DNA of 61,264 nucleotides, filler included, from Circinaria calcarea (lineage: Eukaryota), in assembly GCA_051942165.1 (NCBI GenBank). It is 8 parts of 8 records of this genome, joined end to end, with 100 filler letters (N's around TTAATTAATTAA, not from the genome) between each part and the next. Parts side by side here need not be neighbours in the genome. Positions count along the whole stretch, not along the records: positions 30,700 to 38,271 come from JAVECS010001294.1; positions 38,372 to 45,936 come from JAVECS010001295.1; positions 46,037 to 53,601 come from JAVECS010001296.1; 5 more parts are not named here. One strand, 5' to 3'. This document shows positions 37,401-49,472 of the stretch, piece by piece. Numbering within the stretch: position 1 is the first letter of the stretch; the number at the start of each line of letters is the position of its first letter. Under the pieces are notes generated by a model that worked only from the letters and a program-made list of their open reading frames with translations, did not search any database and had not been told where the DNA came from. The position numbers and the translations under genes are program-made.

Positions 37401-38271
37401 CAGACTCTGAGGAACTTAACCTCAGAGCCGGAGGTTGTGGTTCAGCCGAAACAATAGAAGGTGTAAAACAGGGTTTTTCTGCTTTGTCTGTGGCTGTCTT
37501 CTCGCTGACCCCGAGTGGCTTAACAACCTTCACCTTGTCTCTATGTGTTAAACTCTTATAGAGGGGATTTGCGGGGTCCCTGTTCTCTTCCTCTCCCACA
37601 CTAGGTGTTTCTTGGCTATTCGCATCAAGTAAAGGAGGCTCTAATTCGACTTGGTCTTCCATATGGTTCTGTGAGTTGGCATGGGCCCTATTTATCTTGC
37701 TGCCTTGGCTCAAGATCCCGTGTTCGCTTGTTGCTGCAAGACCCCAAGGGGCTACCCAGCGAAATTCTCCATCCTGATATCTTATAAACTGTAGAAATCT
37801 CCATGATAGGGTATCGTATAGATTTTGTGTGAAGGACTTTTGATCCTTTTCCTTTTGCTTTCCGTCTATCTGCAGTTCAAGTTCGCTAGGACGAGACGTC
37901 TGATCGCATATAGAGGCTGCAAGCTCGCCTCTATGTTGTTGCACTCCAGTTCCTGGACCCTGAAGAAAATCCGGGGGACTATCTCGTTTATGATTTTGGA
38001 CGGGAGCAAGCCTCTGTGGCTGTTTGACGTTGATTCGCGACGATCCACGTTCACCTGGTTGCTGTAGTGGGAGAGGTGGATGGGGGCATAGTTGCCGCTC
38101 TGGATGGTCTTGACTGGCCAGGAAACTTGCCAATGTCCGCGCACTGAGCGTTGTAAGTCGCCGAAATGGACCTTGTGCCAGTCGCTTCTGGCAACTGAGG
38201 CAAGTTGGAGTCTCACAATGAATATTTTGACAGCCATAGCGGATTTGCCGGAAGTACCTATTGAAGAGACT
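34482..38271 (-). CDS. HECT E3 ubiquitin ligase with N-terminal AZUL zinc finger, 5'-truncated, multi-exon
   Basis: YGCQNIHCETPTCLSC (AZUL-like); LVLEIRRDNIL, GEEGVDHGGVQQEFF, LLEFVTASERIP, RLPTSYTCFGRLLLPEY (catalytic Cys). Confidence 0.93.
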
Positions 38272-38371
38272 NNNNNNNNNNNNNNNNNNNNNNNNNNNNN
38301 NNNNNNNNNNNNNNNTTAATTAATTAANNNNNNNNNNNNNNNNNNNNNNNNNNNNNNNNNNNNNNNNNNNN
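38272..38371. other. Artificial contig linker
   Basis: N44-TTAATTAATTAA-N44. Confidence 0.98.
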
Positions 38372-38946
38372 CTCCCCTCCTCAACCATTAAATCCTCCTT
38401 AGTCCCATACCGCCACCAGACCCCCTCAATAGCCTCCCTCTCCACATCAACCCGATACCGATGCCCGCTCTCCAGCCCATCAACTCCACACCCCTGCACA
38501 CTCCTTCTCGTCCTTTTCTCCTTCCCCGTCTCCTCATCGATCTCCCATCCTTCCTTAACCACGCTTCGCGGTTGCGGCCGAGGTCCCTCTGCCCCTCCTC
38601 GAGCAAACCTTGTCGATACAGTCACCGGGGTATTTGGATAAAGGGTGAGGAAGTAAGGTTCGTCTCCTGAGCCCCGCGCCCGTGAGATTGGGAGACGTTG
38701 AAGTCGGATACTGCTTTGTGGGATTGCGGTGGGTGGGGTGGTACTGAGGTCTGTGACGGGGAATTGCGCTTGCGACATTCCTGAGGAGGGGTCTAGGGGC
38801 GTGTTCCATGTGAAGAGGATGAGCGGGGTAGGGAAGTGGGAGGTTATAGTTAGGGAGAGGATGGGTGGGGTGGGGTTGCTGAAAGTGTAGGTATTTGGGT
38901 CAAGGGAGAGAGAGATGGAGAGTGTGGGTTGTGGTGAGGTTGCCAT
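38372..38946 (-). CDS. Hypothetical protein, 3'-truncated
   Basis: ORF from ATG 38946 runs into the linker; FLTLYP and GVDGLESGHRY..WWRYGTKED motifs. Confidence 0.7.
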
Positions 38947-39840
38947 GATGATGGAGGAGGAATCGTGCTGGTTGGTACAAGAAGTGAGGAGAGTTGGCTG
39001 AATGCCTTATTTCCTTGATGAAATGACGATTTGGTTTCGGGCTGTCCTCTTTTTTGCATTCGTTGCTTGTAGTACAGGAGGAGAGATTATCAAGAGTTTA
39101 GAAAATCAAGAATATAGTCTCTGGAAACCGATCTCGCGATGGGTGGAAAGTTGGTCACGTGCTAGACAGCGAGGTAGCGATGACGTATTGACCCTCACCA
39201 CCCATGTAAAATTCGCGATATTTATAAAGTATGTAGTGAGCGCCGCACCCTTGACTTGCGAAGGATTAATATTGGACTTTTCGTGCCATCGCTCTACTCC
39301 GCCACTATTCGCCTCACCATGTCAGCCCCTCTGGCTGGCGCAAATGGCCACTCCTCCGGGCTTTTCATTAGGCAAACTAGCATGACTAGGATTGATGGTG
39401 AATGGGGCGTAAAGGAGGACGCCTTACTTCACTCTCTGCCCCAGGCCTTTTTGATGATTGGTACAAGCATCTCCTCACACCTGTCGATAGCTGCAGCTGC
39501 CAAACAAAGGAGGCACAGAGGATTGTATTGTGCTGTCGGACACGCTTCTTAACTCGTGCCCTCCTACACTGCCGCCTAGGTAGGTGGAACAAGTATCTAT
39601 ATTATATATATAACTACTCAGCTGAATGGCTGTGGCGGAGGAGGCTGCCTGCCAATGCCGTCACTGTACTACCATTGTCAGGCCATCATGGAGTGGGATG
39701 CCAACATGTCCTGCCTAACGACAAAGCTTTAAATAAGTCACTCTGTCGTCTTCAGTTCTCGATGCATTCAATCTTTGAAAGGCGGAAACAAATCATCCTA
39801 GTCCTTCCTACTCTCCTGCAGCTTTTCAAATATTTCCAAG

Positions 39841-41070
39841 ATGGTCCGCATTGTCTTATTGTTAGCTTCTGCGAGCTTGCTGCTCTCACCAGCCTTTTGC
39901 GCTCCTTTCTCACTCAATACACCAGTCATCGCTCGAAACGTTCTTGCCAAGCGGGCCCACCCAGACACTGGCGATGATTTCCCAGACACTGAGCCCCACC
40001 CAAATGATCTGGATAAAGTCGAGGCAGGCTTCAACGATGCAATCGAGCTAGCATCATATGCACTCACCAATCTCGCTAGGAACGACAACACCATCTTGAA
40101 GCACTACTTCAGAGAAGGTGACAAAGACAAAGTGAAGAATGTCTTCCAAACAATCATCGGCGCCAAGAATACACCGGAGCAACCGGGGACCGGCAACGAC
40201 AAGCTTGGTGACATTTTCGTGCAAACCGAAGATCCCAAGAAAAGGTGTAAAGATGGCCGCACCTTGGCTTTCATGGAGGATCACAATACCGATAAACCTT
40301 TCATCGTCCTCTGCCCCAACGCCTTCAAGAAGAAGGGCGTTACCGCCATTAATGGAGCAGAAAACCCGGCAGACGATCCGAAAGACCTTAAGTTCTATAT
40401 TGATTGCGACGATCTCTATATAAATGGCCACGTCAGCTACCTAATGAACTCCCTCGGTGCAACTCTCTTGCATGAATACCTGTGAGTTCTCTCCCTTACC
40501 TAGCCCCGGCACACTTAGGAAGAACCCCCCCTCCGCCCCCATTGAAAAGAAAAAGAGAAAAAAGTTTGAAAATATTACACTATAATGCTTTTTCTGAAAC
40601 TGGTATCTATCTCTTTGCTAACGAATCGCCAAAACTCTACAGCCATTACGACAGCCTATTCAAACCAGTGTAAGTATAAACATTCTCCCTCCCTTCATTC
40701 CTTCTACCACCCTTTTCTTCTACTTCCAGATTTTTTCGCTGACACGGTTCCCCCGCACGTAGCGTTGGCAGCATCATCGACCAACCCAACGGCTACGGGC
40801 CCGTGAACGTGTACAACAAACTCGACAAAGCAAAGGCGCTCACGAATGCGGATAGTTATATGTACTATGCTCTCGTAAGTGCCGTTCCCATATCCCCCAC
40901 CCTTTGGCTCACCCAGCATACACTTCGTTGCTTTTAGGCTAACTTGGGTTTGTATTTTACAGGAGGCTTTGTGGACGGTTATTTGTTATGAAACTGATGG
41001 CTTTGCTGCACCCCGCGCGGGCATTGATGATGCGGATCCGGATTGCGGGAAGCAGACTTGTAAGCCTTGA
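39841..41070 (+). CDS. Secreted zinc metalloprotease, deuterolysin/aspzincin (M35-like), 4 exons
   Basis: Signal peptide and KR site; HEYLH formed across intron 40482-40642; 27-bp exon 40643-40669; introns 40670-40762 and 40875-40962; IDQPNGYG and NADSY motifs. Confidence 0.85.
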
Positions 41071-41709
41071 TTTATCTACTTAAGATTTCGGAAACTACCT
41101 CTCTTTTTTGCCTTATTAGATTATTTGGGGGTTATTTAGAGTGATTTAGGATTTGGGAATTAAATACTATTATAATAAAACGGAGGGCGGGTGATCTTTT
41201 GGAGTATCACGTAGTGAAGGCGTGATCTCAAGTGCATAGTATATGTATTTAGTATAAGATGGATGGGATCTAGCCAGAATAGCTGCACAAAGCTAAACAC
41301 ATAGCCTGTAGGGCTGCGCGGGTCGACCAGCCTGCCGTCAGGGGTGGCCTGAGAAAGGAGGGGCATTAAGGGAGGGCGCTACTGTCTTCAATGGGCTCGA
41401 CGGTCTATACCGCGATGTATGATAAAGGCTACTGTAACGCAGAAGAAGAAGTGAAAACCGTGTGTAACGTGTGGACGCAGAGATATGGGGCGAATAGTGC
41501 GCCAGTTAGCGTTGTTTCTCCGCCATCTTCTCCAAGCGCTCCAATCATAACATTCGCTTGTTTTTGGCTGGTTCGGCAATGCCGGTTTTCACACCCAAGT
41601 ACCTTAGACTTAGCATCCTACAACCAACCAAGTCACCCCACCATAATTCGTTACTCTACATAGGATCACAGTGTTCTATCTCTCTGCTACTTGTATTTCG
41701 AAAGCGAAC

Positions 41710-44208
41710 ATGCCTACCTCGAGTACAACTTCAGGCCTTGACGTTGCCGCAAGAGGTATTGACCTTACTACCGCTTTGATTAATTACTCGAACACTTCCC
41801 CAAAGAACAATATTTTATTGGAGATTGGACAATGGTTAGGCCGAGAACGCCTGGGTCAGTACGAACTCGAAGACTTCATGAAAAAAGCAAGAGGTTTGGT
41901 CTTCCCAAACAGTGCAGGCCATGCTTTCTTTGCGGACGTCATCAAAGGAGGAGAGCAGATGTTGCTGCCTCATCTTTTTCTCCGACAGTCAGGCTCGCTA
42001 GGACGATTGATGGCTGGTGATCCATGGCTACAATGGGTTGTATCGACTGCCTCATGTCTTTTCCAATTCCATCGGGACGAAACGCGGGTGTCTGATTCAA
42101 TCTGCGCTATTCTTATGCGAGCTAATAATCCAGTTGAAGGAGGAGCCAAACACGAGTCTGAACTTGCACACCATCCACTCAGAGTCCAGCTGAAAGCGGT
42201 GGTTGATAAGATTGTATCCAGCATTTGGTTCAACGTTGTCAATTCAGGCCACCACACTATTTCCTTACCGAAAGAGTTAATGGACGTTTGTATACGAGGG
42301 CATTATCTTCAATCTTCTCAATTCGGAGCCATTGTTCACGTACTGCAGAACAGCCACCCACGTTTGATTGTTCGGGCTCCACATCTAATGAGAAATCTGG
42401 TACTCTGGCTACTACTACACTTCAGTGGAACTCTTCAAATCACTGTTAGCGGCAGTATTATATTTAAACATGTCCAAGGAGAACTTTCACGGATAATTGA
42501 AATTCGGGTTGCCTCTTTCTGCCCAGAAGGAGAATGTGATCCAGAAATTGATCCGTTTATCGAGGTTCTAGAAGATATCGCCGATACCTACAAAGAACTG
42601 TTCTCATGCGGGTATGGCGACGAGTTACTCGGTCCTTCTCCTGGAGTTCGCCAATCACTGTACAACGTCATGCGCCCTTTCGAGATGGACAGTCTTATAC
42701 GGGGGCGAACTGTGGAACTTTCTATCAATGGTACAGCACAGCATATTATGCGGTGGCTCCTTAGCCTAGCAATTCGAGTACCTGGTAAAAGTAAGCCTTT
42801 TAGATTTTCGGTCCGTACTACAAACAAGCCCGAAAAGAATGAGGCGGGACTTAAAATATGCAACATACTTAAAAGACACCCTAGTATGCTCAATAAGAAT
42901 TGGGGTAGCGACCGCCAGCCGCGAATGGTGTTTGCCGAGGCAGGCGGTAACCGATCCGAAATCGAACCTGAACTAAAGCGGAAAATTCCAGCCAAAACAC
43001 GACTTCTAAGTTACCTTCCCGTTCTACAAGATCTCCTCAACGAGGTAGGACCTCTGTGCGAGTGTATAGATTGTGGATCAGAGCCGGGAGACCTAAGAAA
43101 GGGTACATCCGGTTACGGAAAGTATAAAGCATTTAGTGTTGGATGTTATAAAGACGTTGCATACAGGGAGGTGCTTGTTCTCCTTGCACATGGTATAGCA
43201 GATGGCTTTGGTTGCAATGACGTCTCCGCCGTTATAGATCCGGAACCTTCTGTGGATGGGATGGTTGTATTGCTGACTCAACTCTGCTCCAACAAGGAAA
43301 TGGTGTGGGACACTTGGTTTAATGTCGCAGCGACTGTTTTCTTGGGATGTCCATTCGAGTCCCCGCATACTCGTCATGGCCAGGCAATTGCAGCTCTCCA
43401 GTATGGAAATCTTGCTGTCGTTGCTCCTTGGCTGGATCTGTCAACAACATTGACTATAGAAGGCTCGTTTGGTTTGATCGAAGGAAAAGGAAGATTGGGA
43501 GTCCATCAACATAATGGCACCGACCACCAACGCTATCACAGCTTTGAAGACAATTACGCTGTAATTGGGACCGAGGTCACAGAGAATAACAGTAGCTATG
43601 TAGAGAGGCACCCCAAGCCGTCATTGCCTCCAGGGGTTCCTCTTTCGATTATCGAAGACAACTGCACTGTCACGAGCGATTACTTATTGGTCGGGGCTGG
43701 TAGCAATTATTATCGAATCTTACTCCGCATTCAGACGCAAAATCATAGTCGATTTGTGGACCCACATGACACAGTGGGTATGTTGGCAAGAGGAATCCAA
43801 TTTGACAAATGTGATCACGGCCCAGGCGACAGAGCAGTTCCCGATAAACTTGATGCAAAAATAATGCTATACTCGTTCGATGAGGTCTTAGGACGATGGG
43901 CATACGCTTCCGATAGAAACGAGCTAGAACGCTATCGGCCCGAAGTGTCACGGAGTAGCATTATGGAGGGGATATTACATGTTAGCCATTTTATGGGATC
44001 CCCGTTAAAGCAGAATGTGGCATTGGCTCTGTCTGTTGATGAAGTCGCAGTTGTAGATGATGGTTCATCCTGTTTCTCTTGCTTGGTGCAAAAGGCAAGG
44101 TCGGCACCAAGACCCGGGGGGTCCACGCATCGTCACGAGCCGTACATTATCTTATTCAGTACTGGTTCAGAGTCTCAGGCACTTGTTACCACTTCTAGGG
44201 GGCGATAG
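41710..44208 (+). CDS. Large (832-aa) intronless hypothetical protein
   Basis: Uninterrupted ORF with Cys/His clusters (CIRGH, FCPEGEC, CECIDC, CDH, CFSC); no recognised domain. Confidence 0.8.
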   Translation: MPTSSTTSGLDVAARGIDLTTALINYSNTSPKNNILLEIGQWLGRERLGQYELEDFMKKARGLVFPNSAGHAFFADVIKGGEQMLLPHLFLRQSGSLGRLMAGDPWLQWVVSTASCLFQFHRDETRVSDSICAILMRANNPVEGGAKHESELAHHPLRVQLKAVVDKIVSSIWFNVVNSGHHTISLPKELMDVCIRGHYLQSSQFGAIVHVLQNSHPRLIVRAPHLMRNLVLWLLLHFSGTLQITVSGSIIFKHVQGELSRIIEIRVASFCPEGECDPEIDPFIEVLEDIADTYKELFSCGYGDELLGPSPGVRQSLYNVMRPFEMDSLIRGRTVELSINGTAQHIMRWLLSLAIRVPGKSKPFRFSVRTTNKPEKNEAGLKICNILKRHPSMLNKNWGSDRQPRMVFAEAGGNRSEIEPELKRKIPAKTRLLSYLPVLQDLLNEVGPLCECIDCGSEPGDLRKGTSGYGKYKAFSVGCYKDVAYREVLVLLAHGIADGFGCNDVSAVIDPEPSVDGMVVLLTQLCSNKEMVWDTWFNVAATVFLGCPFESPHTRHGQAIAALQYGNLAVVAPWLDLSTTLTIEGSFGLIEGKGRLGVHQHNGTDHQRYHSFEDNYAVIGTEVTENNSSYVERHPKPSLPPGVPLSIIEDNCTVTSDYLLVGAGSNYYRILLRIQTQNHSRFVDPHDTVGMLARGIQFDKCDHGPGDRAVPDKLDAKIMLYSFDEVLGRWAYASDRNELERYRPEVSRSSIMEGILHVSHFMGSPLKQNVALALSVDEVAVVDDGSSCFSCLVQKARSAPRPGGSTHRHEPYIILFSTGSESQALVTTSRGR

Positions 44209-45309
44209 GGTCTATAATAGAAAGAGAAGGGCAGTGCGCATTTTGATCTCTGAAGATGAAGCTACGAAAGCTGCGTTTACGACTTAGGGGCAGGAGCATG
44301 TTGCGTGAGGAACCTCTGCTGTGGCATACTGAAATAGTTGCTTTCAAGGAGCTTCTTGAGATCGAGTTTGAGGAGACCAAGATCATTTATATTACGGAAA
44401 ACTGCAATCTTGCGTTTGAACCAACCTCACCTACCCCTATATTTATCGTCACGATTCAGCCCTCAATCTATACCGCGCTCCCCTTAGTCCTCCCTATACC
44501 ATCCGCCATGCCCGCACTTCGGACTATATTTCCTTAAATCTCTTTTGGATTATTAACACCCAGTCTTTAATAGCTAATATCTATACCTAAATCTCCTTAC
44601 TTTAGCTAAAACCTTATTATAATATCTCCCCCCGAATCATCTTTCTTACCATCTCCACACTCATTAACTCTTCCCCTTTCTCGCCCCTCGCCTGTTCAAA
44701 CCTAAAACCCTCCACCATCCAACCCTATCTAACCTCTTGTAAACCCACCTCTCCCCAATCGCCCCATCAGCCCAGGCGCTTAAATGATCATCAAACCTTC
44801 CTAGCGGATTGAAACCCCTATTCTTATTGCTATTCTATAGAGGTATATTTAGGAGGGTCTAAGGTTTCTGGACTAAGGAGGAAATTACGGAAGATAAGGG
44901 CGAGGAGATAGGAGAGGTGAAAGATAGACATGCGAGATAGGGAAAAAAGGGGCAAGGAAAAAAGAGTGGGGTTAGAAGAGATGAAGGAATAGAAGGGGGG
45001 GGGGGGGTGGAAGAACAGGGTGCTGCATAAAGCGTACTGGCATAAGACATGAGTAGATAGCTCAAAGCACGATATAGCACGGAATAAAAGCATGCAATAT
45101 CATTCAAACTATATACCCCCCCTATCCCCTGCTGCTACCATCATCATAAAATGCAGCTGGTTCGTGTAAGGATCCTTTACGAATAGTATAATGATCTTAC
45201 GAACAAGGGTCGGTAAACTGTGTGATAATGTGCTCAATTGGTTGGCATGGCGTATGAATTTGTAAGGGCTCCACCCGAGAACCCCTACGAACCCTACGGG
45301 TGAACTATA

Positions 45310-45936
45310 TACCGAGGTCACGAGGTACCAGAGATCCCTGAGCTATGCCGCATCCGGCCGAATGCCGTATTTTCCCCGCATTCCACCTACTATTTCAAAA
45401 AATCATTACTCCACTAATATAGCCTTAATTAATTCAGCTCTTACAGATCTAAACGCCCAATTATACCTGAATATACGGGCCACCGCCAGAAAATACGGCC
45501 TAATCAAAAATATTCTAAAAAAACGCTGGAAGGGTTAAACTATATCTCGCTAAGACGCCGCTTCCGAATACCTTTAACAATTTATTAATAATCAAGAAAA
45601 AGTATTAATAAGCTAAATTAATCGCTTAATCGACCGAAGAATATCTCCGATTAATAAAATTATATAGAATTTTACGGAAGAAATATTAAACGGTTTTATT
45701 AAAAAGAATTAAATAAAAGATTTTATACGGAGATATAAAAAAAATTTTATAAACCTATACCTACGCAATATCGATAAAATATATATATAATCCGAATATA
45801 CGCTTATATTTAAATAATTCTACGATTTAATAAGCCTTAATTAATTATATTATAATTATAATATTAATTTTTTTTTAATTATTTAATATTTATGAAAAAT
45901 ATTATATTACGGCTAATAATATATATAATTGAGATG
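45310..45936 (+). mobile_element. RIP-inactivated pogo/Fot1-type DNA transposon, 5' end
   Basis: From 45419: IALINSALTDLNAQLYLNIRATARKYGL..KRWKG*TISR*DAASEY..QEKVLIS*INRLIDR..YLRNIDK..FYDL then EKYIITANNIYN*D, i.e. psq HTH + CENP-B HTH + start of DDE domain. ATG reads ATA, donor reads ATAAGC, many TAA, strong AT enrichment. Left end approximate. Confidence 0.9.
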
Positions 45937-46036
45937 NNNNNNNNNNNNNNNNNNNNNNNNNNNNNNNNNNNNNNNNNNNNTTAATTAATTAANNNNNNNN
46001 NNNNNNNNNNNNNNNNNNNNNNNNNNNNNNNNNNNN
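45937..46036. other. Artificial contig linker
   Basis: N44-TTAATTAATTAA-N44. Confidence 0.98.
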
Positions 46037-46058
46037 AAACTAACCACTCCCACACCAG

Positions 46059-47036
46059 GGTCCCTCCGACCTCACCGTCAGCACCCTTCCCAACCTCTCT
46101 CCCTCCCCAACTCAATACCTCATCGCCATCCACGCCACCGCAACCAACTTCTTCGACCTCCTCCAAATCCGCGGCAAATACCAGCACCAGCCGCCGCTGC
46201 CTTGGATCTCCGGCTCCGAATTCAGCGGCACCATCGTCTCGACCCCGACCGGCACCGCTAATCCCCGCTACGCAGTCGGCGACAAAGTCTTCGGGGCCGC
46301 CCAGGGAGGGTACGCCACACATGTGTGCGCGGAGGAGAAAGCACTGCGGCCGGTTCCGAAGGGATGGGGATTCATGGACGCGGCGGGGTTGATGGTGACG
46401 GCGCCGACGAGCTATGCGGCGCTGGTGACCCGGGCGGGAGTGAAGAGGGGAGATTGGGTGCTCGTGCATGCTGCGGCCGGAGGGGTGGGATTGGCGGCAG
46501 TTCAGGTGGCAAAGGCCTTTGGGGCGACGGTGGTCGCGACAGCCGGATCAGCGAGGAAATTGGAGGTTGCCAAAAACTACGGGGCGGATTTTGGCATCGA
46601 CTACAATCAGAAGGGATGGGAGGAGGAGGTGAAGAAATTGACACCTCGAGGGAAGGGAGTCGACATTGTCTTCGATCCAGTGGGGATGGTGGAGAAGAGC
46701 TTGAAGTGTACAGCGTGGAACGGGCGAGTGTTGATCATTGGGTTCGCGGCAGGAAATATTGAGAAGGTGGCAATGAACCGGGTGTTGTTGAAGAATGTGA
46801 GCTTGGTAGGTTTGCATTGGGGGGTTTACGCCAAGGAAGAGCCGAAAACGGTGGAGACGGTGTGGAGGGGCCTGTTTGGGTTGATGGATGAAGGGAAGTT
46901 TAGAGGGACGGTGTACTCTGATAAGGAATTTGTTGGGTTGGAGAGTGTTGGAGAGGCGCTCGGAATGCTGGGTCGAAGAGAGACGTGGGGAAAGGTTGTC
47001 GTCAAAGTGCCGCAAGACGGAGAGAGTAAACTGTAA
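46059..47036 (+). CDS. Zeta-crystallin-like NADPH:quinone oxidoreductase (MDR), peroxisomal, 5'-truncated
   Basis: CTAAC..CAG acceptor, then NFFDLLQIRGKYQHQPPLPWISGSEFSG, VLVHAAAGGVGLAAVQ, GVDIVFDPVG; C-terminal SKL (PTS1). Confidence 0.92.
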   Translation, partial: GPSDLTVSTLPNLSPSPTQYLIAIHATATNFFDLLQIRGKYQHQPPLPWISGSEFSGTIVSTPTGTANPRYAVGDKVFGAAQGGYATHVCAEEKALRPVPKGWGFMDAAGLMVTAPTSYAALVTRAGVKRGDWVLVHAAAGGVGLAAVQVAKAFGATVVATAGSARKLEVAKNYGADFGIDYNQKGWEEEVKKLTPRGKGVDIVFDPVGMVEKSLKCTAWNGRVLIIGFAAGNIEKVAMNRVLLKNVSLVGLHWGVYAKEEPKTVETVWRGLFGLMDEGKFRGTVYSDKEFVGLESVGEALGMLGRRETWGKVVVKVPQDGESKL

Positions 47037-47166
47037 ACTACCAATCTAACAGTGATGCTTCGATAATAGTAGATTCGACGGCAAGGATTTTATATATCAT
47101 GTGTACCATCATGTGCACCTATCCCAGCTCTACACGGTATAAACCTTGCAATCAACCACTCACTCC

Positions 47167-49472
47167 TCATAAACTCTGCTTCCCTCGAGTCTCGATGGGA
47201 AAGAGACACATGGCCACAAAGGCAGCGAGAATCAACGAACCCGCTGCATACACCGGTGCGTTCTGCAACAAGATTATTAGCCCAATATCCTGCAGCCCCG
47301 TTCTGAACAACTCACCGGGTTTGTACCACTGGCCGCAACGGCAACAATGGGCGCGCAGAGACCGCAGATACGATTAACAAAAGAAGCTATCCCAGTGCCT
47401 GTGCCGCGATTGGGAGCTGGGAAGACTTCAGGAGTACTATGCGATGTCAGACACCGGATATCCCCCTTGAGGAGACTCAAACTCACTACGCATATAGCAC
47501 TCCATACATGATGTTCTGGAAGAAGGCTTCCAAGGAGCTCATGGCCAACTGGTAATTGGAGTCCGAACTGATGGTGAAGAGAAACAGAATGACCCCGGTC
47601 AGCAGGGTGGAGACCGCAATGGTCCCCTTGCGCCCGATATATTTGATGTCGACGGTATAGCATCCGATGATGGACCCCGGTACGCCGATGATGGATGTGA
47701 TGGCGTAGTTGCGATAAAGCACATTCGTGGGTGTAGGAGCCACGTTCTTACCGGCGTTTTGAAGGTACAGCGGCAGGAAGGCGTTGAACAAGGGATAACC
47801 CATGCCGATGGTCGCCCAGCAGAACCAGATGAGAGCAGCTGCATGCCCTCGTTAGCATATGCTACGAAAAGGAACAGCTCGATACCGACTCATGGTGCCT
47901 AAGCGTCTGGTAGCGAATAGTGGTGCAATTCTTTCTGTAGAGAAACTCCCTAGTTTCCGTTTGACGATTTCCGAAGTAGATAACTTTGCATCTGACTTGA
48001 GATCTGGGAGTCCTCCGATTTCGTTCAGGATATCTTCTGTAAGCCACGTCTGTCGCTTGTTCCTGTAAGCAATACCATGAACTGTCGCTACTGCTTCCGC
48101 CTGACGACCTCGGGAAAGTAGGTATTTGGGTGATTCGTAGAGATGGAAGAAGAAGAAGCGGCAGATGAACATAAAAAAGGTAAAGGCACCGAGGGTGAAT
48201 ATGAAGTAACGCCAGCCTTTGTTGTCGGCACTACGGCAGCAGGGAACGCCAGGTGCAGTGATATGGCAAGACTTGAGGGTTGGTTCGCAGGAGTAATTAG
48301 GAATGAAGGCCCAACCGACTGAAACGGATTAGTCCAGCAGTGTGAAGTAAAGTATCGTCAGTCATACGCACTTAGCGAGGCAATCAGCTGTCCCACGGGC
48401 CACCAGATGGAAAGAAGAGTCAATAGACCACCAGACGCGAAAGGTAAGAACTCTAGGTATGATTCGGTTAGCATCCGGTGAGAGTCAGATACGGCGCTGC
48501 TAAGCACCAACCCAGAAACAAAGCTCCGTCAACCGGAAGATTACCCCTTCGACAATTAGTGACGAATGCTTAAGACGAGTCACACCAGCGGCTAACAAAC
48601 CCAATTCCTACTCCCATGGCTGCGTAGAGGCCGCAAGTACCGATCCAACTGTTTCCACCTCCAACAGCCAGGCCAAAGACACCGGCGAGGAATAGAGTGG
48701 CATTGAAGGCGGGACGACGACCGATGATGTCGGATGCAATACCCCAGAAGGAAGCTCCTATACAGAGTCCAACGAATGTCGCGCAAGTGGTGTACCGGAC
48801 TTGGGTACTATCTGGCCCAAATTCAAGGGTCAATTGTGGCAGGGTCAAAGCAACACCCTAGATCGACATCAATTGACTCCCACTTCAATACAGGTGGGAA
48901 GCAGATACGACTAACCTGGAGCCACATACTATAAGAGATAAGATATCAGCTGGACTTCTCTGCCCGTCGAGAGTTCGAGGAACAAATCCTTACTTGTCTG
49001 CGAGCCAACCAAATCCGCACAGGACGAAGAGTTGCCATTGATATGGGCCCATCCCAATGTCTTGGATAGCCTTATTGATAACTTTTGATTTACCTACAAC
49101 ACCGGTCGTTTAGTTACATTCTTCAATGGGTTTATATTCCACCATCGGGGTACTAGAGCTTTGGCGTGCGAAAGAAAACACCGTCCACATACGATCGTAA
49201 GCGGTATCATGTCCAGAGGCTGCAATGTCAGAGTCGATTTCTGCGCGGAGACCTTCGATAGTCGTTGCACCGTAGGCACTACCGACTTGTATACCAAGCT
49301 CGCCATCCTTTTCAGCACGGGCATTGTCACTAGTTCGACCATCTATAGCGCCCAGCTTCTCGTCGTGGGCCGCAACGACAGACGGATGGCGATGGGCATC
49401 GGCCAGAGGTACGTATACACCTTCAAAGTCGCTGACATCGTGCTTCTGGAACGGATTCATAAAGATTGGCAT
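47167..49472 (-). CDS. MFS transporter (SV2-like), many introns including a 13-bp micro-exon (48916-48928)
   Basis: GMGPYQWQLFVLCGFGWLADNMWLQ, SDIIGRR, GGNLPVDGALFLE, ESPKYLLSRG, IGRKG, YTPEVFPAPNRGTG, ETRGKQSL. Confidence 0.9.

Noticed and set aside
44230..44900. TpA-rich possible pseudogene or transposon relic
   Set aside because: Could not assign strand or family
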